A stretch of 64,000 bases of DNA. It comes from Trichormus sp. ATA11-4-KO1. GTDB lineage: Bacteria; Cyanobacteriota; Cyanobacteriia; Cyanobacteriales; Nostocaceae. The DNA lies in assembly GCA_019358915.1 (NCBI GenBank), contig JAHHIM010000014.1, forward strand, positions 1-64,000, written 5' to 3'. The translations under genes were made by a program, and so were the position numbers. The notes below the pieces were generated by a model. That model saw only the letters and a program-made list of their open reading frames with translations, was not told where the DNA came from and did no database searches. Each line of letters starts with the position of its first letter. Position 1 is the first letter of the stretch. Shown in pieces: positions 41,133 to 52,274 of this stretch.

Positions 41133-41294
41133 GAAATTCCTGCAAGCGATCGCCTAAAATTTGTTTGCTGCCTTTGACCTCATATTGTATGGAGCAAAAA
41201 CCCTCCTCTGTCGATTAACATGTTTGCCAAATTAACTGTTAATTTTTTAGTTGTTGGGGTTAAATAACCAAAACTACTAACAACTTTGTTTAAG

Positions 41295-43283
41295 ATGCTG
41301 GCTCTTTTAAAAACAATCCGAGAAGCAATCGCCAATTGGTGGTCTGACTTCACCCTCCAGACCAAACTTTTGGCTGTTGCCACTTTGGTAGTGTCTTTAG
41401 TGATGAGTGGTCTGACTTTCTGGGCTGTGAATACAATTCAGCAGGATGCCCGGATGAATGATACCCGTTTCGGTCGTGATCTAGGATTGCTACTTGCTGC
41501 CAATGTTGCCCCCTTAATTGCTGACCACAATCTCACCGAGGTTGCCCAATTTTCTCAACGCTTCTATAGCAGCACCTCTAGTGTGCGTTACATGCTCTAC
41601 GCTGATGAGACGGGGAAAATCTTTTTCGGGATTCCTTTTTGGGAACCAGAGGTAGAAAACTCTCTGACCATTGAGCGGCGAATACAATTACCAGAAGATT
41701 ACACTAGTGATGTGGAAAAGCCGATGGTACGGCAACACATGACCCCAGACGGGGCAGTCACTGATGTATTTATTCCCCTAATTGTCGATCAAAAATACCA
41801 GGGTGTATTAGCGATCGGCATCAACCCCAACCAAACCGCAGTTATTTCTACTAATTTCACCCGTGATGTCACCATTGCCGTTTTTATCACGATTTGGGTG
41901 ATGGTGATTTTGGCAGGAGTGATTAACGCTTTAACCATTACTAAGCCGATTAAAGAACTGCTGGTAGGAGTAAAACAAATTGCGGCAGGGAATTTCAAGC
42001 AGCGCATTGACTTACCTCTGGGAGGCGAACTAGGAGAGGTAATTCTCAGCTTTAATGAAATGGCAGAGCGTCTAGAGCGCTATGAAGAGCAGAATATTGA
42101 AGAATTAACCGCAGAAAAAGCCAAACTAGAAACACTGGTTTCCACGATCGCTGATGGTGCTGTCCTGATTGATAACAGTATGCAGGTGATTTTAGTTAAC
42201 CCCACAGCACGGCGAATTTTTGGCTGGGAAGGAGTCGAAGTCGAAGGTACCAATGTTTTACATAATTTGCCGCCGGCGGTGCAAATGGAAATCACTCGTC
42301 CTTTGTCCGAAATGGCCGCAGGTGAACGTGAAAGTGCCGAGTTCCGGATTCATCTCAACCAACCTACCAAGCGCACCATCCGCATTCTCTTGACTACGGT
42401 ACTCAACCTGCAACGGGAGAGCATCAAAGGTATTGCTATTACTGTGCAGGATATCACTCGCGAGGTAGAACTGAATGAGGCAAAAAGCCAATTTATCAGC
42501 AACGTATCTCACGAACTACGAACACCTTTATTTAATATCAAATCCTTTATTGAAACTTTGCATGAGTATGGCGAAGACTTGAGTGTAGAACAACGGCAAG
42601 ATTTTCTGCAAACAGTCAATAATGAAACTGATAGACTTACCCGTCTAGTGAATGATGTTTTGGATTTGTCCAAGCTCGAATCTGGTCGCAGTTACAACTT
42701 TGGTGGGGTAGATTTAGCGCAAGCCATTGAGCAAACTCTGCGTACTTACCAACTCAATGCTAAGGATAAAGGTATTGAAATCATTCAGGAAGTTGCCTCC
42801 AATTTGCCGCTAGTCGTGGGTAATTATGATTTGTTATTGCAAGTATTGGCTAATTTGGTGGGTAATTCCCTGAAATTTACTCCCACGGGTGGTAAAGTAG
42901 TCATCCGTGCTTACCAATTAAATCTCCAGCATCATTCTTCCTCTGGAACGCTGCTTAGTGAAACGCTAGGCGATCGCGAACATCATCAATCTTCTCATGT
43001 GCGAGTGGAAATTTCCGATACTGGCATAGGTATCGCCCCAGAAGACCAACAGGCAATTTTTGACCGCTTTTTCCGCGTAGAAAACCGAGTTCACACCTTA
43101 GAGGGTACTGGTTTGGGTTTATCGATTGTCAGAAATATTATGGAGAGGCATCACAGTAAAATGCATCTGGTAAGTGAAGTTGGTGTGGGTACCACTTTCT
43201 GGTTCGACTTAGCCGTATTTGAAGAAGCAGCGCCAAAGATGATTGAGCCTACAGATGAAACAACCAAAATCCCCACACTATAA
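41295..43283 (+). CDS. nblS: Sensor histidine kinase NblS/Hik33
   Basis: WWSDFTLQTKLL, DTRFGRDLGLLL, HAMP, PAS, SHELRTPLFN, ENRVHTLEGTGLGL; alternative TTG start at 41286. Confidence 0.93.
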   Translation: MLALLKTIREAIANWWSDFTLQTKLLAVATLVVSLVMSGLTFWAVNTIQQDARMNDTRFGRDLGLLLAANVAPLIADHNLTEVAQFSQRFYSSTSSVRYMLYADETGKIFFGIPFWEPEVENSLTIERRIQLPEDYTSDVEKPMVRQHMTPDGAVTDVFIPLIVDQKYQGVLAIGINPNQTAVISTNFTRDVTIAVFITIWVMVILAGVINALTITKPIKELLVGVKQIAAGNFKQRIDLPLGGELGEVILSFNEMAERLERYEEQNIEELTAEKAKLETLVSTIADGAVLIDNSMQVILVNPTARRIFGWEGVEVEGTNVLHNLPPAVQMEITRPLSEMAAGERESAEFRIHLNQPTKRTIRILLTTVLNLQRESIKGIAITVQDITREVELNEAKSQFISNVSHELRTPLFNIKSFIETLHEYGEDLSVEQRQDFLQTVNNETDRLTRLVNDVLDLSKLESGRSYNFGGVDLAQAIEQTLRTYQLNAKDKGIEIIQEVASNLPLVVGNYDLLLQVLANLVGNSLKFTPTGGKVVIRAYQLNLQHHSSSGTLLSETLGDREHHQSSHVRVEISDTGIGIAPEDQQAIFDRFFRVENRVHTLEGTGLGLSIVRNIMERHHSKMHLVSEVGVGTTFWFDLAVFEEAAPKMIEPTDETTKIPTL

Positions 43284-43288
43284 AAGTA

Positions 43289-43660
43289 TCAAGCAGTTGA
43301 CAAAGCTATGAGCAAACAGACAACTAATAAACCCAGTAGCAGCAACAAAGACTGATGGCGTTTTACCCATCTGTTCATAGATGCACCAAAACTGCTAGCG
43401 TAACGCTGTTCCTGCAATCTTAACTTGCTCTCTTCGAGATTTTCATACAAAGTACAATCTTTGGCGTAGGGACGTTGGGGAAAATTACAGGTATTGTCGG
43501 CGTGGTATGTGCAACTATCACACAGATACTCGTCCCCAGTAGCGCGGTGCAAGGGAATACCGGGATGACCGTAAGCTTTGAGAGTTGTACGGCAATAGGG
43601 ACAAGTAATAGCCTGACTATCAACAAGTTGATGGCAATGGGGACAAGTTACAGTGGCCAC
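43289..43660 (-). CDS. Zinc-ribbon protein with a C-terminal TM helix
   Basis: CPHC, CPYC, CDSC...C...C; hydrophobic C-terminus. Confidence 0.8.
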   Translation of the reverse strand: MATVTCPHCHQLVDSQAITCPYCRTTLKAYGHPGIPLHRATGDEYLCDSCTYHADNTCNFPQRPYAKDCTLYENLEESKLRLQEQRYASSFGASMNRWVKRHQSLLLLLGLLVVCLLIALSTA

Positions 43661-43723
43661 AGCCTAAGCACAAATAGGTAAACATCTCGATTCTAGCTAT
43701 TTATATCGAGATGCGATCGCTGA

Positions 43724-43756
43724 TGAGGATGTTGCTGTGATATGGCAACATCCTCA
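43724..43756. terminator. Perfect 12-bp hairpin downstream of the SnoaL-like gene
   Basis: tgaggatgttgc and gcaacatcctca. Confidence 0.55.
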
Positions 43757-43784
43757 AAGCAGCTAAATCACAATGTCAGAAATA

Positions 43785-44408
43785 TTAACGTCTTGAGCGA
43801 CGAGGTATGCGTGGGTGTGATGTGGTAGTCGGTGGAGAACTGAGGTTCAAGAAATTAATCAGTTTAAGGGTACGCCGTTGGATTTTCCAATGCCCATCTT
43901 GTTTGATAATTTCATCTTCATAAGTGCCATTAGCAACATCAATGCTAGTTTCTGAACGTTTGTGAGTTGCATGGAGATAAGAGGACATTGTTGCTTGGTT
44001 AGCTTGAACTGAGATGTTGATCGTACCAATCAGGTGTTGAGTAGTCTCATATCCATTACCTTGGAATACTGAATAAACAAAATCCGCCCAAGCATCTGTC
44101 CCAGTTCGGCTTTCACTTGCGCCATCAGGAAAAACTGCTGTGATCACAGCATCTGGAGTAAAACAATCTCGATAAATATTCTTTCCCTGTAGGATATCTC
44201 CTCTACCAATAGCATCAGTTCCTAGCGCGTAACAGGTTGTTAATTTTTGAATTTCTAATTCTGCGTTAGGTTCGGTTGCACTTGCTAGCTCAAACTTACC
44301 GCCAATCAGCAAAACAAAAGTACTTGCAAGGACAATTAAAGTTACATGATGCAACAAAAATGAAATAAGCTTTGAAACTGTTCGCCTGTTTTCTCTTCTC
44401 GTTTCCAT
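43785..44408 (-). CDS. SnoaL/NTF2-like protein with an N-terminal signal or TM segment
   Basis: CFTPDA, TQHLIG, GTYEDE...DGHWKIQRR. Confidence 0.82.
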   Translation of the reverse strand: METRRENRRTVSKLISFLLHHVTLIVLASTFVLLIGGKFELASATEPNAELEIQKLTTCYALGTDAIGRGDILQGKNIYRDCFTPDAVITAVFPDGASESRTGTDAWADFVYSVFQGNGYETTQHLIGTINISVQANQATMSSYLHATHKRSETSIDVANGTYEDEIIKQDGHWKIQRRTLKLINFLNLSSPPTTTSHPRIPRRSRR

Positions 44409-44890
44409 GAAAAAAGTTCCTGATTGTTACTATGTTCGCATCTTGTACAGGTCCGTTAGCTAAAGTTTTATCAGGCAGTTTAAGCCTATTTTAATAAACT
44501 CGAACCATAACATATTAAACTAAAGCTAACTTTCAATTAATTCAGGATTTAATTTTTCCTACGAATAATAGGGCGAGTCCAAGATTTGCGTGTTTAATTA
44601 TTTATAACAATTAAGAAAGTGTTTTGTAACCGTTAATTGTCAGCTATTTGATATTAACATAAATAGTTTATCAAACTCTTAATATAGCTAGTTATTAGCG
44701 AAATAATACTGATAAGCTAGGTAAATTTTTAGAACATGAATTCACTCCAACCATACGAAAAATTACTTTTACTCTACAAAAACTTTATGAAAACTTACTA
44801 CTCATAGTATTACTTTTATTAAACATAAACGCTCAAGCAGTGTGCCCCCAAAAAAGCGAAGATAAAAAAGAGAGGATTTCACATCTGCCC

Positions 44891-47800
44891 TTAGCTCGAA
44901 GATTCGTTAACAGAAACAGGAATGGAAATGATAAATTCTGTTCCTTGTCCTAAAACTGACTCACAAATTAAGCTACCGTTGTGTTTTTCTTCTACAATTT
45001 TTTGACTGATAGATAATCCTAATCCTGTACCTTTGCCGACATCTTTAGTAGTAAATAAGTTATTGAAGATACAGGATTTTACTGCTTCAGTCATTCCTGT
45101 ACCGTTGTCTTTTATCTTAATTTCTATACTTTGATTATTTTTAGATAGTTGAGTTTTAATTGTGATAACTTGAGGCGGTTTAGCTTGATTTTCTAGATAA
45201 GTATAACCAATATTCAACTCTTCTAAAGCATCAATAGCATTGGACAAAATATTCATAAATACCTGATTTAATTGTCCCAGATAACATTTTACTAACGGAA
45301 TATTTCCGTAGTCTTTAATAATTTGAATAGCCGGACGATGATGATTGGCTTTGAGGCGATGTTGTAAAATTAATAAAGTGCTATCAATTCCTTCGTGGAT
45401 ATTGGCTGATACTTTATAATCTTTATCGGCGCGAGAAAAAGTACGGAGAGATGTGCTAATGTTACGGATGCGTTGTGTACCAACTTTCATTCCATCAATG
45501 ATTTTAGGTAAATCTTCTAGGAGGTAATCTATATCTTTTTCTGCGGCTTTTTCCTCAATATCAGTACCAGGATTAGGAAATTTTGCTTGGTAAAGTTGCA
45601 GATAATCTACTAAATCAGTAACAGCATCTTTGGCTTGGACAATACTACCTGAAAGAAAAGCTACGGGATTATTGATTTCATGCGCTATTCCTGCAACTAA
45701 ATTTCCTAGAGAAGACATTTTTTCGCTTTGGATAAGTTGCAGTTGTGCTGCTTGTAAATCTTTGATAGACTGTTCTAATTGTCTTGATTTGTCTTGCTCT
45801 CTTGCATACAAGCAGGCATTTTCTATGGCAATAGCCATTTGAGAAACTAAAACTTTTAATACTTCTACTCTTTCGGGAACAAAAGCTCCTGCTGTCAACT
45901 GATTTTCTAAGTAAATAATCCCTGTAAGCTGTGATTGATAAATAATTGGCAAGCAAAAGATCGATTTTGATTGATATTTTTGGATATAGATGTCAATATT
46001 AAAAGGCTCAGTAAGCATCGCATCGTTTAAAACGAGATGTTTCTGAGTTCTGAAAACATAATTCACAACAGAAATAGGTAAATTCTCATAGTCTTCAAGA
46101 GGAATAGATTGTAAATTTTTTACTATATCATTAGCATTATCACCAGAGGCTTCTATATATAGTTGATTATCTTTAAGTAACAGTAATTCTGCTTTTTGGG
46201 CAGCAGCATTTTCTAGTAAAATTTTGATTAACTTACTCAATAAATTTTCTAAAATTATTTCATTAGTAATCGCTTGGGAAAATTTAATGAATGTATTAAA
46301 ATCTAATACATTACTCAAACCATTACTACTAGTAGTTCTAGTAGCAATGTGAGTCACATCTAGTTTTAATGGAGAAGTCTCTATAGTACTAGTTTGTTCT
46401 ACTAGAAAACAATACTTTGATTCTAAATATTTAACTTTAGCGATCGCGCCCCATCGGATATAAGTATAATAGGCTTTAGTTATATAAGTTTGATGAATTA
46501 ATTCTTTATTTAAAGATTTATAAAAATTTCCTGCTAACTCATAAGCTAAGGCTTCTTCTTGGAGATAACCATTTTCTTGAGCTTTGGTAATTGCATTTTC
46601 ATAGTATTCCATTGCTTCTAGCTTTTGACCCAAAGCTTGATATTTTTCTGCCTCTACTAAATAAAATTTATGTAAGTGATTCATCGGGGCGTGGGTAGCC
46701 CAGAGTTCCATTTTTTGCTGGTTGGCTTGGACTTTTTGCAAAATTGATTGTTGTTCAGATTCTTGAGCAGTAGGATAGATTGCCAATTGGACTAAAGAAT
46801 CATAGAAATAAAACAGAGGAACAACAAATAGCCCTGTGACTCCACCTAAAGACTTTTCTGCTATTGCAGCATTTTCTAAGGCTTGAATATACTCTCCAAA
46901 CATATAAGAGAGCATTAACTTATTAACAAATAGATGATTAATTGTATAGAGGTCATTAAATTGTTGATGAATTGGTAGCATACTTTTCTCATCGTAAGCT
47001 TCTCCCATTAAACACCAAGCATTTTCTGGACTTCTTTTTAAATTGATAACTGTTTGTAAATATATTTGGTTCCAAGTTAAAGCAACTTGTTGCTTAATCT
47101 TTTTTAGCGATTCACAGTAAGCTATTAGCTCTTTTTCTAAACTCCAAAGTTCTTTACCAAGCCAAAATGAATGACAAGGATAAATGTATCCACAATAGCC
47201 AGTATATTCTAAATCTCCGGTTTCCAAACCACTAGCATAGCCAGTTTTGGATGTTAAAAACGTCTCTCTAATATGCTCTTTCCAATGAAGAACATGAGCA
47301 CTAATAACTGTGAGAATCTTCGCTTTGAGTTCTGTGGCATTAAATTGTGATACCAAACTAAAAGCTAATTTACCAAATTCATAGCCAGAATCAATCTGTC
47401 CTTGAACTCCGCAAAGAATTAATCCATAAAGACTGTAACCATAAGCAGACACTGCTGTATTGCCATATTTTAAGGATAAATTGACCATTTCACAAGCAAT
47501 AATTGGCATCATTGCTGGAGCAGTTTGAAAAGCTGCGGGAAGAACTCCCATTAAGATTTTCATTGCTGCTATCTTGTTAGGATCAGTCATTAATGGTAGG
47601 TTAATTAAATCTGCAATTACTTTCTTTTGTAAATGAGTAGCAATATCATCCATCCCTTGCTGAATATCAGATGGTGTTGGTTGCTCTGGAAAATTTATCC
47701 CTAATAGTTGTAGTATTGATACTGCTGTTTGAATAGCTGTTAATTGTTTACTCTGAACTATAGCAGCAATAATCTGTACTTCATAAACTTTAACTTTATC

Positions 47801-50326
47801 TAATAAAGTTTTGGCTTCTTGTAGCACTATCTCAGCCCATTGCTGCATCTGCTCAAAATTACCACTGAGATAGGCTACTTCTGTAGCTACCTCATATAAA
47901 CTTATAGTTAAGTGATATTCGGTGTACCAAGCATCTTTACTTAAAAGCTTTATCCCAGTTTCCAAGTATTTTAGAGCAGCTTCATAAGCTGTTGAGGCTT
48001 TTGCTTTGCGTCCTGCGATTAAATTTAGTCGAGCTAATTCTGTTTTTTCAGGTTGTTCAACTAGGGAAATAATCCCTACATTTAACTGATTAACAATATC
48101 AAAAATATTAGTTTCTATTTCATCTTTTGGTGTACTTTGCAGGAGCAATTTACCGATTTTTAGATGAGTAAACTTCTTCTGTTCTTCTGGAATCAACGAA
48201 TAAGCTGCTTGCTGCACTCTGTCATGCAAAAACTTATAACTTACGCGTGAAATATCAAAATTAAAATTAATTGCTTCCTCTTGATTAAATGCTAAAGGAA
48301 TGCGGTAAGCTTCACTTAAAGGTAGAATTAAGCCAGCTTGCAAAGCCGAATATAAGTCATTTGCTGTCAAAGAAGGTGATTTTTCATGAATTATTGATAA
48401 AACATCCAGACTAAAACTGTCACCAACACAAGCTGCTAATTTCAAAACCTCTTGGGTGACTCTTGGTAGCTTTTCAACTCGACTTGCAACTAATTCAACA
48501 ACATTTTTATCGATAATACTAATTGCTTGAATTTCCTCTAGGTTCCATTGCCATTTAGTAGTCTTAAAGTCAAACTTTAAAAGATTTTCTTGATAAAGTG
48601 CCTGAAGAAGTTGTGTAATAAAAAATGGATTACCGCCCGTTTTATTATAAATTAGTTCAGCTAATTCAATAAGTTTTTTAGGAAAGTTTCTAGTATTATC
48701 TTCAAAAGAGTAGGTTTCTTGTAGAGTTTCACCAATTAACTGAGTTACATTCTCTAAATTTAAAGATTGCAACACAATATTATTAACGATCGCACCAGTA
48801 TTTTTAATTTCTTCTACTGTTTGAATTAAAGGATGTGTTGAATTAACTTCATTATCTCGATATGCCCCAATTAATAATAGATGTTTGCTTTCAACATCAG
48901 TCATGAGCATTTGTATTAAATTTAATGTAGCTGAGTCTGCCCATTGCAAGTCATCTAAAAATATAACTAGGGGATGCTCTTTTTGCGTAAAAACTTTAAT
49001 AAATTCTTCAAAAACACGATGGAAGCGATTTTGTGATTCCGTTGCTCCAATTTGGGGAACTTCGGGCTGTTGACCAAGAATTAATTCAACTTCAGGAATC
49101 ACATCAATAATAACTTTGCCATTTGTGCCGACGGCTGCTAGAATTTTATCCCGCCATGCTGCTATTTTTTCATTTTTTTCTGTTAATAAATACCGCATTA
49201 AATAAGAAAAAGCTTGAATTAATGGAGCATAAGGAACATTCCTTTTTAATTGGTCAAATTTACCAGAAATAAAATAACCTTGTTGGCGAGTGATTGGTTT
49301 ATTAATTTCATTGACTAAAGCCGATTTACCAATGCCAGAATAACCAGAAACTAGCATCATTTCACTAGTTCCTGATGTCACATTTTCAAATGCATCTAAA
49401 ACTTCCTTGACTTGTTGTTCTCGTCCGTATAATTTTTGTGGTATTAATAGCTGGCTTAAAACATCTAAAAGTCCCGGAACAAAGTTAGTAATTTCGCTCT
49501 GAGTTTCTAACTGATGAAGACACAATTCTAAATCTGCTAATAATCCTGTAGCGCTTTGATATCTGTCTTCAGCATTTTTAGACATCAGTTTCATCACAAC
49601 GGCTGAAACATTGGTAGGAATTTGGGGATTTAATAACTGTGGGTTTACTGGTTGCACAGCTATATGATTGTAAATTAACTCTAGGGGATCTTCGCTAAAA
49701 AATGGGAGTTTATCAGTAAGCATTTCATATAAAGTCACACCCAGAGAATAAAAATCACTCCGATAATCAAGAATACGATTCATTCTCCCGGTTTGTTCAG
49801 GAGACATATATGCAAGTGTACCTTCAACGCAGTTGGGGTTAGTAAATTGATGATTTTCTTTATTCAGACGGGAAGCTATCCCAAAGTCAGTTAGTTTAAC
49901 AATACCTGTTTGCAAATTCATAATGATATTGCTGGGTTTAATATCTTTATGAATAATCTGATTTTTATGTAAATAATCTAAAGCTTTAGTTATTTGAATA
50001 GCAGTTTTTAAATAATTAATTAAATCTAACTTTTCTATTTGTATAAGTTGTGCTAAGGACTGACCACCAAAGTCTTCTAACAACAGTCCTACACGATGAT
50101 CAAAAGTTTCTAAACTGATGGCTTTTACTATGTTGGGATGATCTAACTCTTGTTGAATTTGATACTCATGTTTCAGGCGAGTAAAGGCTTCAAGAGTGGG
50201 GTATTCATTTTTCAGAACTTTCAGAATAACTGGCTGTTGAGTATTGGGGATTTGTGTTTGATAGATAATAGTTTGAATGCCTTCATGGAGAGTGGAGTTA
50301 ATTTGGTATCCAGTAAGATTGAGCAT
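44891..50326 (-). CDS. Hybrid Ser/Thr kinase - AAA ATPase - GAF - histidine kinase
   Basis: HKDIKPSN, DFG, SPEQTGR, GYSGIGKS, DDLQWAD, GAF, AHEINNP, GKGTGLGLS. Confidence 0.95.
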   Translation of the reverse strand: MLNLTGYQINSTLHEGIQTIIYQTQIPNTQQPVILKVLKNEYPTLEAFTRLKHEYQIQQELDHPNIVKAISLETFDHRVGLLLEDFGGQSLAQLIQIEKLDLINYLKTAIQITKALDYLHKNQIIHKDIKPSNIIMNLQTGIVKLTDFGIASRLNKENHQFTNPNCVEGTLAYMSPEQTGRMNRILDYRSDFYSLGVTLYEMLTDKLPFFSEDPLELIYNHIAVQPVNPQLLNPQIPTNVSAVVMKLMSKNAEDRYQSATGLLADLELCLHQLETQSEITNFVPGLLDVLSQLLIPQKLYGREQQVKEVLDAFENVTSGTSEMMLVSGYSGIGKSALVNEINKPITRQQGYFISGKFDQLKRNVPYAPLIQAFSYLMRYLLTEKNEKIAAWRDKILAAVGTNGKVIIDVIPEVELILGQQPEVPQIGATESQNRFHRVFEEFIKVFTQKEHPLVIFLDDLQWADSATLNLIQMLMTDVESKHLLLIGAYRDNEVNSTHPLIQTVEEIKNTGAIVNNIVLQSLNLENVTQLIGETLQETYSFEDNTRNFPKKLIELAELIYNKTGGNPFFITQLLQALYQENLLKFDFKTTKWQWNLEEIQAISIIDKNVVELVASRVEKLPRVTQEVLKLAACVGDSFSLDVLSIIHEKSPSLTANDLYSALQAGLILPLSEAYRIPLAFNQEEAINFNFDISRVSYKFLHDRVQQAAYSLIPEEQKKFTHLKIGKLLLQSTPKDEIETNIFDIVNQLNVGIISLVEQPEKTELARLNLIAGRKAKASTAYEAALKYLETGIKLLSKDAWYTEYHLTISLYEVATEVAYLSGNFEQMQQWAEIVLQEAKTLLDKVKVYEVQIIAAIVQSKQLTAIQTAVSILQLLGINFPEQPTPSDIQQGMDDIATHLQKKVIADLINLPLMTDPNKIAAMKILMGVLPAAFQTAPAMMPIIACEMVNLSLKYGNTAVSAYGYSLYGLILCGVQGQIDSGYEFGKLAFSLVSQFNATELKAKILTVISAHVLHWKEHIRETFLTSKTGYASGLETGDLEYTGYCGYIYPCHSFWLGKELWSLEKELIAYCESLKKIKQQVALTWNQIYLQTVINLKRSPENAWCLMGEAYDEKSMLPIHQQFNDLYTINHLFVNKLMLSYMFGEYIQALENAAIAEKSLGGVTGLFVVPLFYFYDSLVQLAIYPTAQESEQQSILQKVQANQQKMELWATHAPMNHLHKFYLVEAEKYQALGQKLEAMEYYENAITKAQENGYLQEEALAYELAGNFYKSLNKELIHQTYITKAYYTYIRWGAIAKVKYLESKYCFLVEQTSTIETSPLKLDVTHIATRTTSSNGLSNVLDFNTFIKFSQAITNEIILENLLSKLIKILLENAAAQKAELLLLKDNQLYIEASGDNANDIVKNLQSIPLEDYENLPISVVNYVFRTQKHLVLNDAMLTEPFNIDIYIQKYQSKSIFCLPIIYQSQLTGIIYLENQLTAGAFVPERVEVLKVLVSQMAIAIENACLYAREQDKSRQLEQSIKDLQAAQLQLIQSEKMSSLGNLVAGIAHEINNPVAFLSGSIVQAKDAVTDLVDYLQLYQAKFPNPGTDIEEKAAEKDIDYLLEDLPKIIDGMKVGTQRIRNISTSLRTFSRADKDYKVSANIHEGIDSTLLILQHRLKANHHRPAIQIIKDYGNIPLVKCYLGQLNQVFMNILSNAIDALEELNIGYTYLENQAKPPQVITIKTQLSKNNQSIEIKIKDNGTGMTEAVKSCIFNNLFTTKDVGKGTGLGLSISQKIVEEKHNGSLICESVLGQGTEFIISIPVSVNESSS

Positions 50327-50425
50327 TTGCTTTTTAAATATATAGCTATAAAAACCCCTCTTTCATTGCCAAAAAGGGATTCTAGTTTAATTATTCCCAT
50401 TAAACTGGGGATTTTGAACATTTCA

Positions 50426-50578
50426 TAGCGATCGCGGCTACACAGACATGAAGCGCAGCTTCTTCCCGAAGGGAAGGCCACCTCCGTGGGTTTGAAATAC
50501 CTAATTTTTGGTTAGTCCGCGCAGGCGGATTTAGTTTGTGTAGTAGCGTACAGCCTGCGGCATTCTTGGGTTGCTATT
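50426..50578. repeat. Inverted pair of REP-like hairpins next to a HIP1 site
   Basis: gctacacagac...cctccgtgggtt and agtccgcgcaggcggatttagtttgtgtag. Confidence 0.5.
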
Positions 50579-50608
50579 GTATTCGCCCAAAACTTTTCAA
50601 ACATGCTC

Positions 50609-50917
50609 TCAAATATGAGGAAATTTCCGCACTTGATACTCTGCTGATTCGATAATGGGATAGGATTCTCCCATCGCTTGAGTAAATTTAGCTTCAATAG
50701 CCTGCAAGTCTTCTAAGGGTATGGCTTTCCACTGTTCCCGTGTTGCCCAACGAACAATTAAAATCAGTTCTGTAGAGTCTTTGGGGTTAATCCAAACTTC
50801 TTTACCCAAAAATCCCGGATACTTAGCTAGGGCTGTTGTCCAAATTTCTGCATCCTGCTGGATATAATATTCTCGCTGTTCTGGAGCTACCTTAAACTTC
50901 AGCAGTTCTATGACCAC
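50609..50917 (-). CDS. Conserved cyanobacterial ABM-like protein (TIGR03792-type)
   Basis: MVIELLKF, DAEIWT, GFLGKEVW, WATREQWKAIP. Confidence 0.8.
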   Translation of the reverse strand: MVIELLKFKVAPEQREYYIQQDAEIWTTALAKYPGFLGKEVWINPKDSTELILIVRWATREQWKAIPLEDLQAIEAKFTQAMGESYPIIESAEYQVRKFPHI

Positions 50918-51065
50918 ACTCTTGCTTCCTTCTCTGTGTTTACGTGTCTACGAATTTGCCAAAATAGAGCTGTAGGCTAAGATAACCACTTTTCCAGCAT
51001 AGCTTGATTGCATACACTCAAGAGCAAGAGTCAGCTAGTGGGAAACAATTAAAGAGGAAGGGAGT

Positions 51066-51389
51066 ATGGATAGTAACAACTGGTTGCAACAGCTAATGAT
51101 GCTTGGTATTGGTACAACGTCTTTGGTAGCAGAAAAAATGCGCCAAGTCAGCGAGGAATTGGTCAAGGACGGTAAACTCAATCCTGAGCAAGCTAAGGCA
51201 GTAATGGATGATGTTGTACAACAGTTAAAGTCCGAACAGGGAAACTGGGAAGAGCAAATGCAACGACAAATGCGAAATATGATGCAGGACTTGGGTGTTG
51301 CTCGTCAGTCTGAAGTGGATGAATTACGGGGTAGAATTGACCGTTTAGAGCGTCAAGTGCGCGATTTGGAGAATAAGCTGTGGCGTTAA
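51066..51389 (+). CDS. Phasin-like protein
   Basis: GIGTTSLVAEK, LVKDGKL, LGVARQSEVDELRGRIDRLE. Confidence 0.8.
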   Translation: MDSNNWLQQLMMLGIGTTSLVAEKMRQVSEELVKDGKLNPEQAKAVMDDVVQQLKSEQGNWEEQMQRQMRNMMQDLGVARQSEVDELRGRIDRLERQVRDLENKLWR

Positions 51390-51472
51390 ATTGTCCTTTC
51401 TGATTTAAACTAATTGTGTTCTGTTGGTAATGATAGTGATTAGAGGCTAGGAGCTAATATTCCTACTCAGCA

Positions 51473-51568
51473 ACGCCAGATGCTTCACTACAGCGCTGCG
51501 CGCATCCTGCGGCGGGGGAGACCCCTACGTACCCGTCACTGGCTCCTCAGCACTCAGCACTCAGCACT
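51473..51568. repeat. Small structured dispersed repeat inserted into a CAGCACT heptamer tract
   Basis: cgccag...ctggctcct, with ends like the element at 28700-28744, followed by (cagcact)3. Confidence 0.55.
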
Positions 51569-51587
51569 TTCTTAGGGAGAACTGATT

Positions 51588-52139
51588 TTGAAATCAATTT
51601 TACTCAGCGTGGGTTTCATGCTGGTATGTGTTGTAGTTTTGGTATTAGCACAAGTTGGCAGTAAACAGGACTCTGCTATTGCTGCTAATGTCACTGGTAC
51701 TACACCAGCACTCAATAGACTTACTGAAAACAATATCTTAATTGCGAGCAATACTATGTCTGATGCCAATTTTGTAACTAACCCCTCTGGTGATGCCAAT
51801 GTCGTAACTAACCCCTCTGGACTGAAGTACGTGGAACTGGAGGAAGGAACTGGGGCGACACCTGAACCTGGACAAACCGTTGTAGTACACTACACCGGCA
51901 CTTTAGAAGATGGGACGAAGTTTGATAGTTCACGCGATCGCAACCGTCCTTTTGAGTTTAAAATCGGCGTTGGACAGGTAATTCAAGGTTGGGACGAAGG
52001 ACTTAGCACCATGAAAGTAGGCGGTCGTCGTCAGTTAATTATCCCCTCAGAGTTAGGTTATGGCTCTCGTGGGGCTGGTGGTGTAATTCCACCCAACGCT
52101 ACTTTGCTGTTTGATGTGGAATTGTTGGATATTAAGTAG
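51588..52139 (+). CDS. FKBP-type peptidyl-prolyl cis-trans isomerase
   Basis: [41 protein letters not shown]. Confidence 0.96.
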   Translation: MKSILLSVGFMLVCVVVLVLAQVGSKQDSAIAANVTGTTPALNRLTENNILIASNTMSDANFVTNPSGDANVVTNPSGLKYVELEEGTGATPEPGQTVVVHYTGTLEDGTKFDSSRDRNRPFEFKIGVGQVIQGWDEGLSTMKVGGRRQLIIPSELGYGSRGAGGVIPPNATLLFDVELLDIK

Positions 52140-52246
52140 GGAATGGGGAATGGGGAATGAGGAAGATGGATTGTAGTACAAAACTCAAATATTCTCCCCT
52201 GCACCCTGCCTCTCTGCTCTTCTTTCCCCCATGCCCAATAGCGACG

Positions 52247-52274
52247 TAATTACGAATTACGAATTACGAATTAT
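52247..52274. repeat. STRR heptamer tract (AATTACG)n
   Basis: taattacgaattacgaattacgaattat at the dnaB stop. Confidence 0.8.
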
